NCBI RefSeq assembly: GCF_000143415.4
Contig: NW_003314263.1
Coordinates: 4,219,628-4,283,627, forward strand
Source of the DNA: Selaginella moellendorffii
Lineage: Eukaryota > Plantae > Lycopodiophyta
Length of the DNA stretch: 64,000 nt
Direction of reading: 5' to 3'
Shown: in pieces, positions 12,090 through 22,900 of the stretch
Numbering within the stretch: the first letter of the stretch is position 1
How the letters are laid out: the number at the start of each line of letters is the position of its first letter
Program-made: the position numbers and the translations under genes
Notes under the pieces: model-generated
What the model saw: the letters and a program-made list of their open reading frames with translations, nothing else
What the model was told of the DNA's origin: nothing
The model's database searches: none

Positions 12090-12132
12090 AGCTGGGATGA
12101 AAATATTTTAGGGTTCTTGCGCAGGAGAAGTG

Positions 12133-12801
12133 ATGAATGGAGGTGGAGCGGCGATTCTTCCAGCGATGGCTGGTATCCTGGATGTGGCCGCGAGGAGGGG
12201 CGTGAGCCTGGAGCTCAAGAAGCTCGGCCCATTCTTCACGGTGATAGCATCCAACAGCAAAGATCAAGCGCTGCTGGGCGAGGCGAGAGGGGTGATCAGG
12301 CCATGGATAGACGGCATGGTTCTCCATCTGGATTCCATCCGGATGACAAGAGCCTCCAAGATCAAACAAGACAAGCCTCTCTTCGGTGTGGCATTGGTGA
12401 TTGGAGCAGCGGCGATTCGCCATGGCTACGATTGTGGCTGCTCCAGGGCCGAGCTCCTGGCCATCAACGACAGTGATTTGTACCACTCCAAGGTGAGATT
12501 GAGCGCTCTTCTCTCTCTGGTTGATGATCGATAGTAATACATTCTTCTTTCTCTTGCTACGCAGCTGCGGAGGTACTACCAGAGGGTTGGATTCGAGGCA
12601 GTGTATGAAGTGAGTGGAGAATCGCTGCGAGATTTGCCACACATGCTCGTGTGGGGAGGGATTGGGACTCGCATGGATGCAAGCATCCATCACCTGCTAG
12701 TCAAGTGGTCAAAGGTCTTTGACTCAGGTGGTCAAATGCCTTTGACCCAGAGTTCAAAAGCTCTTTTAAGCGCTAGGTTGGATCAGAATATTCGCAGCTG
12801 A
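12133..12801 (+). CDS. Conserved uncharacterised GNAT-like-fold protein (two exons)
   Basis: LELKKLGPFF...LHLDSIRM...AIRHGYDCGCSRAELLAINDSDLYHSK|LRRYYQRVGF...LVWGGIGTRMDA; intron about 12493-12564. The fold call is inferred from the AELLA...YYxRxGF pattern. Confidence 0.7.
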
Positions 12802-13639
12802 GTTTCTCTATAAGGGTTTGTCGATGATTTTTGAGCGTAGCATGGATCCTTACTACAAGGTGTTCTATTGCGTAGTATCTCCCACTGTTTTGGATGCTAG
12901 GAGACACCCTTTGGCAACTTCTAAGCTCATAGCGGGGTGATGTGATAACGACGATCATGCAGCAGATGCATGATGTTGCTTGGCTGGATCAAGAAAAATG
13001 AATATGTTACAGACAGGCATTTGGCGACGAGTTTTCCAGAGGGAACAATGGTCTACCTGAAGTTTGTGAAGCCAGGTAATGGTCCTGCGTGCTGTTCGTT
13101 TTGATCCCTCATGTGGCAACCATAGGAAAAGGAGCTTCTCCTGGTAAGCCAGAGATTTTCATTGTTGGTTGTTGGCATGACTTCCTTTTTCAGTTTTCAA
13201 TCTCCTCCCGCTGCAGTAGATATTCTTGGGCTCCTAGACGAGTATCTCCAGGGCAGGGCAACATTGGTTTGCCGACATGGCAAGGTTTTCCAATAGGTTG
13301 TTGGGAGGCCATCGGTCTTGTTGCACAGGTTGATGGAACAAGCATTTGACACGTTCATAAGGGGTTCAATGCCCTTTTCTATGGTGGTTGGAACCAGTGG
13401 GGCAGGTCCCTGTACGCTCATTTGTCTAAGACGCTCGGGTTCTTCTTTGTAGCTAACGACACGGGAAGTGGGGGCTCGAGCGTTTTCAGGGAAATAGTTG
13501 AATCGGCCCACACTTGCCTCACAGACAGAGGAACAAGACATTGTGGTTATTTTCCTTTTGTTGGCTGGGATGTAGATATACATCCACTGCAACACATGTG
13601 GCTTGACATTGGCACAGTGGCTTTTCTTTCAACTAGATA

Positions 13640-15384
13640 GGGATGGTTTAAACTTGAGTTGAGTTCATGAGTTGAGTTTAATTTAGCACAAGTTAATGAA
13701 GTTAACTATAACTCTTACAAAGAAAACTTATGTTATAAAAATGAAGGTTCTGACAAGCTTTAAAATATTAAAATATATAAATACCTAAGTCAAAAGTTTC
13801 TACTAAATTGAGCTATTTAGAAAAGACAAAATTCATGAAAACCTATCTATTTTCTTACTATCTTTACAATTATCATATTGTTAAATCAAAATAATTCTTT
13901 TTGAAGGGAATAGTGTATATTGGTCATCAAGGCAATATATATTTACATACTATTCATTCATTTTAGGGTTCTTAAGTAAAATAAAAAAAATTTAAGTAAG
14001 AGTTGTAGGGCAAATGAATGGGAGAATATTAATTTCATTTCACTATCACAATTTTTATATTACATTTCTAATCTTTATTACCCATCTGGGAATGTAAAGG
14101 CCATTGTAACTTTTGGTAAAAATGCTCATGTTACTTCCAAAATAATAGTTTAGAACAAAAGAAATGAAGAAATGAATGTAGTGAAGAAAACTAACAAATC
14201 TATTTTATAAAGCTTTCCATGGCATTTGTAATTTATAAATTAATTCATATAAAAAAACTCTACTTGCCTACCTATAGTACAATCCTCCTATATGAAAAGA
14301 CAAAAATATATTTTTGGGATGAATCCTCACTAGCATTTTATGAGAGTCATTTGTGAATAATATTAATAGAAATCAAAATCTTTAAAAAGATTTAAAAGTG
14401 ATATCACGTCAAAGAATCAAATTTATCTATGTTTTCAAGATTAAAAGGTAATATCACATAAGGGAATGCATGTGGGTTTGCATGCTTGCATACTCTATTA
14501 CTATAATATGGTCTATATTTCCCTGTTGTGTATTTTTATTGAAATTTGGCACAAGTTTAGAAAAGAATATATGTAAATGGTCATTAGAATGATAGATATT
14601 CTAGTATGTGTATCTAAAATTCTAGAAGCTCTGCTATTCATAAATAGACTATGATTATGAAATCTCATTTATGATATTGACATTTCAAGAATCTGAGTAT
14701 TATTAGTGTCATAATAAATAAACCTCATTCCCAAGACTAAAATTAATATATAAATGCCAAGAAAAGTTAGTCATTATAGTATTTTTGTTATTTTTACACT
14801 CCTTGGAAAGCTGAAAAGTTCAATATAAAAATGGCTCAAAAGAAAGTCATTGTTATTTGTATTTGGGTCCCTAACATTTTATATTAGTCTCTACTTCCAT
14901 CCCTAAGGTTTACCAACATTCCACATTCACCTCCATTATAACTACATTACAATCCTCTTTTTATTGAGGGTTTTTATGAAGTTGAACTAAAGCTCTCTAT
15001 ATATAAAATTTTGAATATTGTTACTAAAGAGGGATTACCTCAAATGTTTCAAAAGTAGTGCCACATGTTTTTGCAAGATCTTGCTTGTGGTATGGTAGGA
15101 CTGCTTAAAAGCACAAAATGCTATTATATTCAATGTTTAATATGCTACTCTTTTTTGGACAAAACAAATGTTTTCATGGGTTTACAAACTTTTCTTGAGC
15201 ACTATAGTAATTGCTTAATAATGGGTCTAGAAAGTGTGGATGTACAATAAATTCAAGAACAAGCTATGGACACATAGCCATTATTGTTTTATAGTGAGGA
15301 ACAACATAACAATGCATTGGCTAGTGTAGAATATGGGTTTTTTAGGCTATCTTACTAATTGCTTTACTATACAATTATATTGTC

Positions 15385-15389
<5 letters not shown>
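13640..15389. mobile_element. AT-rich degenerate transposon-like DNA (left flank of the nest)
   Basis: Abrupt switch to very AT-rich, stop-riddled sequence, with similar composition at 35370-37590 on the other side of the nest. Confidence 0.35.
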
Positions 15390-15432
<43 letters not shown>

Positions 15433-15472
15433 GTATATATGTGTATATATATATGTATATATGTATATATAT
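15390..15472. repeat. (TA)n / TATG microsatellite
   Basis: Directly visible; abuts the truncated LTR of element A. Confidence 0.95.
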
Positions 15473-16264
15473 GTCTCGGACTCTGTCTCGGTCCATCTCA
15501 GACTCCATCTCGGGTCCATCTCGAACTCCATTTCGAACTCCATCTCGGACTCCCTCTCGAACTCCATCTCGGACTCCTCTCGGACTCCATCTCGGAATCC
15601 ATCTCGGGTCCATCTCAGACTCCATCTCGGGTCCATCTCAGACTCTTCCACGTGTCATGTGTTAGTCCTTTTTGGGTCCCTTTTTAAAGCCTCGCTTATT
15701 GCTCGCTTCATGCTCATTCCTCGAGCACTTTGTTGAGAGTTCCACTCCCACTCTCGACCTATCAAGTCGAAGCTTTTAGTCCAAACGTGTTATGCTTATT
15801 TGGGTTTCGCTTCGGCCACTACCATATGGCACCCTTTCGGCTCCACTTTGGGGCTTAGGGATTTGTGTCTCACAACTCCACCACCCATAGACGAAGTTCG
15901 ATGTCTTCATCGAACGGTAAACCCTTTTATAAAGTAATACCCACAGGTATTACCATTTCCATCCTTGGCACCTAGCCAATATTTATCTATGGTTTGACCC
16001 CGAAGGCTCACCATGCCTTGTCCATCTTCTAAGGAACATAGTCTCTCCAACCTAGAGACTCACTCGACCACCTGGGGTGGTTTGCCCCCTTTTATTGGTT
16101 CGGTTCTTGTGAAACCCGTTAGAGACACCCTCTCTAACTCAATTCCACTACTCATTCTCGAGTAGTCTCAGATTCCATTGACCTAACCTTTGCACTTTGG
16201 AACTTTTAATTTTTGACTTCTCAGTGTCAATTTCCTAGGTGTCTCCGACACCTTACGTTGCACA

Positions 16265-16953
16265 TGTAAACAACCAAAGGGAACGACTTGAGAGACGATC
16301 CATGGGGTTCAAAGATAGAGGGAAAGGGCCTATGAATAAGAGTGCACCCCCTTTTCCAATCGGTTAAGGGTCTTGGGATATTTGGGGTTAAGCGTCCTTG
16401 GGTTAGAATAGTACTGGGTTGGGTGACCTCCCGCGAAGTCCAAACTCAGGAGCTTACATTTGGTATCAGAGGGATCTCAGGTCCGACTCTGTTGGTTGGC
16501 TAGGGGAATCACACCACATGTTGATTGACATCTGGCTGGTCCAGTTTGCTCCCGCTGGGCTCGACCCGAGGGGTAGGGTGTCAAGAGAGCGGGGCTCTCG
16601 GGCTGGGCTCGACCCGAGGGGTAGGGTGTCAAGAGAGCGGGGCTCTCGGGCTGGGCTCGACCCGAGGGGTAGGGTGTCAAGAGAGCGGGGCTCTCGTGAG
16701 AGCTGCGGCTCTCAGCCTTCCGTTCACGAGGGCGTGAACTTGCAGGGAAGTGTGGTGGATTGTAAGCAACCAAAGGGAACGACTTGAGAGACGATCCATG
16801 GGGTTCAAATATAGAGGGAAAGGGCCCATGAGCAAGAGTGCACCCCCTTTTCCAATCGGTTAAAGTCTTGGGATATTTGGGGTTAAGCGTCCTTGGGTTT
16901 GAATAGTACTGGGCTGGGTGACCTCCCGGGAAGTCCAAACTCAGGAGCTTACA
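16265..16953 (+). mobile_element. Cassandra-type TRIM (689 bp) with 5S rRNA-derived core in each LTR
   Basis: LTRs 16265-16458 and 16761-16953 (TG...CA); TSD GCACA on both sides; PBS TGGTATCAGAG (tRNA-iMet); PPT AGGGAAGTGTGGTGGA. 5S-like GTTAAGCGTCCTTGGGTTAGAATAGTACTGGGTTGGGTGACCTCCCGCGAAGTCC at 16387-16441 and 16882-16936. Confidence 0.93.
16554..16696 (+). repeat. Three tandem 48-bp repeats inside the TRIM
   Basis: GCTGGGCTCGACCCGAGGGGTAGGGTGTCAAGAGAGCGGGGCTCTCGG x3, essentially identical. Confidence 0.95.
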
Positions 16954-19900
16954 GCACATGGTGCAACTCCACTTCCCTATCCTAGGAAGTTTTTTACTTG
17001 AGGGTACCATCATCCTCTCTTCGATATCATGCCACCTTTGGCACTAATTCCAGTTATCATAATTGGTGCTAAGTCTGCCCATGGCCCTATTATTTGGCTA
17101 CTTTACCGCTCCCCCCTTTGGAGCATCCACTTTCGCCAAATCAGAGCGGTTGGGAATCCACCCTTGGGGAAACATTGCCTTTCCCACAATTCGTTAGCAC
17201 CCAACACATTAGTGTTCTTGGCTTAACTTTGCCTTTTGGATTCTTTCTCATGATTCCCATGGCTCTTTTCTTAGCCACTAGTCTTTTGCTCCTATCCTTG
17301 ATTGTTGCACCTAGCAACACAGGATCGCTACCTCCATTTTCGAGGTTTCCTTTCAGTTCCAAACAAACACTTTGTTTTGCCAGGTCCAGAGGGTGTTTAC
17401 CCCTAGTACGTCTTTTTAACATTTTCTACTATGGGCTCTATCCACGGCCCAACTTTTGAGACCCTCCTTTGGATCTTTTATAGAGACTACTATCCTCGGA
17501 ATTGCTATGCCATAGCATTAACATAACGCATTTCCCTTAGGTGTTCTTCCCACTTGGTCCCCTTGACCAAGCCACACCATTACCAATAGTTCAAATCAAC
17601 ACTTTGAACTAAGAATCATATTCCTTAACCCAAACAAAGACTTTGTCCTTGTTTAGCCACAAGATCACCTAGCGATCTCATCTTGACCCCTTAATAAATC
17701 TACCAATAGGAATTAGGTCTTCCAGACCCTTCTAAGTTGTTGACTATGACCCCGGGGGCATCCCCCACACTTGGCGGTGCGCCCAAGCCAACCCTTCCAG
17801 CCAGGGATCCATAGCAATTGAGACTGGGTGTCCCCATCTCATTTACCACGTCCTTGGTGCCCTTTGCACCAAAGTGTTCAAGTTAGATATGCTGAGCTTT
17901 CACTCTAAGCAATCTAACCGTGTATCATGACTCCGAGGCATCCCTCGCTTGGCAGTGTGCCCAAACCAGTCTCCTCACTGAGAGTCCATGACCACCGAAA
18001 TATAAGTGTCCTTATATTCCAAACCATCACCACGCCCTAGTGATTTGGGACTCGAACCCAAGCACTAGAGGGTTGGGACTTGAACCCAACCTCCGTATAT
18101 GCATCTACGGATGGCATCACCCTAGATGCCTGGCATGACTCCCCACGCTGGTGCACCAACTTATACTTAAAGCGTGCTACAGATCACAGCTTAGGAACTT
18201 AGTTCCTCCACACTGCTAAGTCCTCTCACTTGACACGTCTGTGATCATGCATGGACTCCTCGATGCTCAGCCCCATAGGCCACCCCTTTTGAAGTTAGCA
18301 CCTTCAACTAGGGGATTTGTCCCCCTGACTTGCCAATCTCATTTAGCAAGTCATCCGGCCATCGTAACATGGTTTATGCATAAGCGTGAAAGTCCTTAAT
18401 CATTGACTTTCGTTCAAAGCCCTCTCTTTGAACATTCGGGAACTACTTCCCCAACCTTGATAGCCTCGCCTCATGGCCAGCTTCAAGACCATGCTTCTAC
18501 TGCGCCACTCTGATTTTGCGTGCTCTAGGAACCATTTACACTTGGCCTTTCTAGGTACTAAACTACCTAGAATCGTCTTTGGGAACTTGAAGGAATTCTA
18601 TCCCTTAACTTGCTAATGCCTCTCCTTTCGCAAGCTTTCCAATTGCCATATGGTCTAGCATGGACAATTTCATGCTTTAGACTCTTCATGGCACCACAAT
18701 TGTTAGTAACAACATACTTGAGTGCCCACTTGATTCTCCACTCCCAACTGACATAACCACCCTTGGTTGTGCTCTTTGATTCCTATGGTTTGGTTCTATC
18801 CCATTACTACTTGCTTTTAGCCTCACACATTTCCTTCAATTATTTGCCTCCAAACTAGGAGGATAGCTTTGCACATTCTACCATGCTTTAACAAGTATTC
18901 TTGGGGATGAACCTACCCAACAGCCTAGGGAGTGGTTCCTCAATTTGGGTATGCTCACCTTATAATCCCACACACCAAGATTAACGTTGCTACATATGGG
19001 CTTTTATATGCCCATCACTAGCCTTGCCAAAATTCTATTTTTTGCTTTATCTGATTCGGCTAGACGGACTTCTTCCGTCTTTGCAACCTTGGATATTTGG
19101 ATAGCACCTTCTATCCATTATTTGCTAGGGGCTTAGTCCCTTGGGCTTTATCTATTGCTCTCGCAACATCAAACACCACCTCCGGGTGTTCTAGAGTGTT
19201 TGGGTGTCCCAATGATGGCCTCTTTAACAATGAGCATTCCCCTTTTCAACATTGACTTACTATATCGCAACATAAGCAATTTATCCTCTAGAAGGGTACA
19301 TCTAACTTCCTTATGCTATTAAGAAGTCTTGGGTAGTTACCTTTTACCAGTTTAACAAATTATCTTGCACCTTTTGCTTAGTTGCCTCATAGTTGTCAAG
19401 TCCTATAACTCATTGCTGGTGCTTCCACACCTCTATCATTGTTTTGGTCACCACACTCTACCACATGCCTTCCAGCTTAGGCTATGCCATTCCCATTTCT
19501 ATTGGGATTCCCTTTGGCAAAGGGTTCTTATGAACCCATCAACATAACCTCAAAGTATCACACCTTAGCACATTTGGTGTCTCCACACCCTTGGCCCCAC
19601 AAGCCCATCCTTGTGACACTACTTATTAGCGTCTAGGTCTTTGCCAAGACCAATATGGTTGTTCTTCATGCTAACTATCCGTTAGCACCGCACCATAGTG
19701 TTTGCACCCAACTCTGGGCCAAAGTTGCTTTCTTCTGGGAACATCTTTCCCCCAACTTTAGTATGGCACATTCTACCATCAATGAGATACCTACTGTTCT
19801 CATACTTGGATCTTATGATCCTCCCCATACCTCATGGGTACCATACACCTCAGTCCAAATGCTTCAACCAACCCCTTAGAATTATTCTTTGACTGTTATT

Positions 19901-22900
19901 TGAGTCATCCAGCTTTTTCGACATTATCATCCGACGACCCGTGAGGTTCTACTTTTGAGGTGCTAGCTTGCCAGAATACAACTTCTTGTATTCAGGTCCG
20001 ACTCACAAGGACCATCTTTGTAAGTGTTACTCTGACACTTGATTTGTTCTCTTGGGGCAACCTTTTGCCCCTTAGGACCACTTGTTCGTGTGATGAGAAT
20101 ACCAACTCACCCTCTGAGTACACCCTTAACTCCTTGGGTTGTTCCAGCATTTATTAGAGGTAGCTTTGGCTACCATTTCAAAAACTGGTGTCCTTTTCCG
20201 TATTTGACCTCCCGTAGTCATTACTTTTGGTCTCACATTCATGAGCACCAACCTCAACTATATGAGGATAATCTTGTGACTCCTTTATTGTTTTGGAGTT
20301 TGCATCTTTCCCGTGATCCCAATTATAGTTCTTTACCACAACTATCTTAGCCCGTTTGCTGCATCAAACGCTCATCTGGATCACATAATCACTCAATGAG
20401 GAAAGCCTTATACTGTTCCCAAGATCCCAAAGTCATTCCATCATTGGCCCTTTTCTATCCACCACCTTGCCTACAAGTTCACACGTGAACTGTAGTGGAG
20501 AGCCATGTCTTCCCGACTTGCTACTCCTCAAGGACAAGCCCACCCCTAGGACCTTCCGATGCCAACACTAGTGGTGATATACTTCAGCACCAATAAAAGT
20601 TGGACTAAGGAACAGTTCCAATACCAAATTGTAAGCGACTAATTTTTCCATTTTACTTTAGTCACTTAACCACACCTCCGATCGCTTGGAGGAGTCTCAC
20701 TCACAACCTTCATAAGTCCTATTCCGGACTTGGGGACTTGCTAGCCCCAAGAATGGCATCCGTGCCACTCAACCGTTGCACTTAGTCCAAGTGCTCCATG
20801 TGTTTGGTCCCAAGACTGACACCCAAAGGTACCACTGACATATCGGCCCATTATGCTAAGGCCATGCCCATTCACCTTTGCCGCACTAGTGGTCCAATAC
20901 CACTTGCATCACAATCCTGTCTCTTCAAGACTGGGCCATCCGTCCACGAGTGGTCAACCCAGATCCACTCCTTAGCATCCTTAGGATGCCTATAGATAGG
21001 GGGAATAGCCTTCCCCAATATCCCTTTGTTAGTTCCTATTTAGTCCCTTTTCGGTCCATGGCTATGTTCATCGACAATGCCACTAGATCAAAGCCTACAG
21101 GCCCGACCACTAAGTCCCATGGTCCTCTGGGACTTCCTCACCCTGTGACTGTATCCTTAGTCACTACACTAGAGGACTGCTCCTCCTCCTTTCCCCCATT
21201 TGGGACTCCAGGGCAACATTTTGGAACACCGTGGGCTTACGCGAGCCCCGTGGGTACTCTCCCCACCTTCCGCCTTTAGGTGCTCTAGCCATGGGCTTAG
21301 AGCGAGGTTCCATTGAGCCATGCCTGGTATCAAAGTAGGTAGTGCCACCCACACTTGAACTGGGAGCATCGGCTAGTCGATCTCCCGAGGGAACTAGAGC
21401 CGGCTCTTGAACACTTCACCAAGTTACCCCGCTTGTCGGTCCGTATTCACTCTAGTCTTGGACTTTCCAGTGGTCAGTTCATCACCCAACACTGGGTCTG
21501 GCCTTCCTGGGCCAAACTGGCCTTTCCTGGCCAAACTGGCTCCACTGCAGCCCTCCCCACAAAGGAATAATTTGTAGCTTACACTGGACCTCAAGCAGTT
21601 TCGGAGTGTAGGGCCCTGAGGTTATTTGAATAACCTTGGCCCCTCGAGGCCAGAAACTACCCGAGGTGGCAAGCTCAAGTTGGACCTCGGGCAGTTTCGG
21701 GGTGCGGAGGCTCAAGGTTATGTGAATAACCTTAGTCCCTCGATGTTAGGAATCCCCAATTCTTGCCACATTCCTGACTCTCGCCGGATTCCTGACCTAC
21801 AGACCACATTCCTAACTCTCGAGACACTTCCCTATTCTTGACTCTCGATTTCCCGTACGATTCCTGAGTCTCGAGCCATATTCCTGATGATGATGTGGCG
21901 CCTCTTCAACCTCAACTATATTTGGGCCGTCCTCGATCCAAGAGTGGTGGAGCTTCATCAACCTATAGTATATATAGGTTAGCCTTGTTCCATTTCTCCA
22001 CAATCTGAATCAACACTAGTCTAAGGCCTCTTCTTTGTTATTCACTAGCTTTTCTCTTTGTCTTTTGCATTTTCCAGTCTTGATCTTATTGGGGGTCTTG
22101 ACAGTTTGATTTAGATTGTGGTTTTTTGTTTTTTGCTTTAGCTCGTTTTGATTGTTTGATTGCCTTTGCCATTTTTTCCCCCTTTTTTCTTTCTTCTTTT
22201 CCAATGGATTCTCCAAGCCATCCTGATTTCTTTGCTGAAGTCCTTGCAAAAATCCAGTCTGAGAATACCGAGCTAAAGGCGACCCTTCTTCACATGCAAC
22301 AGGAGCTTGCTTCACTTTCGGCTCAAGGATCCAGCAAAGTTCCTGAACCGAAGGTGAGTTTCTCGGCGAAATTTTCAGGGAAGCGTTCGGAGCTTCGCGG
22401 ATTCTTGAACCAGATGGAGCTGATCTTCGCACTTCAACATCAGTGGTACCCCACTCCCGAGTCTCAAATCGGTGCGATTGGGATGTTGCTCGAAGGTGCA
22501 GCTTTGTCATGGTTTCTCCTCTCCTGGAGAAGAGCATGAAAGGGGTCGTGGTTCCGGAGCTAATGGATCTTCAATTGTTCAAAGAGAAGCTCGAAGCATG
22601 TTTTGGCGAGACGGATCGGGTTCGGGCTGCCACCACAAAGATGAGACGTCTCTCTCAATTGTCTCGTCTTGCCTCGATCTATGCTGTAGAGTTCCAACTC
22701 CTTGCCTTGGACACTCAGTGGGATGAGCGGGCCCTGATTGATCAATTTCGTTTCGGCCTCAACAACGGTGTCAAGGATTTGTTGCTCACCATGGAGGATC
22801 CCAAGGATTTGTCGGACGCCATCAACAAAGCTGTTCGATGCGACAATCGTCTCTTTGAACGTCGTCAGGAAAGTCGCCGTGCCGCCATTTTCCCGTCCCA

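Noticed and set aside
12940-13640. 132-aa minus ORF and neighbours
   Set aside because: No family recognised; cannot be distinguished from decayed sequence.
15333-15736. YIYI- and SRTP/RDRV-repeat ORFs (also 26526-26828 and 32902-33216)
   Set aside because: Translations of microsatellite and LTR tandem repeats.
16387-16441. 5S rRNA gene
   Set aside because: Only the internal ~55 nt is present, inside TRIM LTRs; not a full rRNA gene.
16554-16696. CRISPR-like array (also the 95-bp array at 34834-35360)
   Set aside because: Head-to-tail repeats without unique spacers, eukaryotic context, no cas genes.
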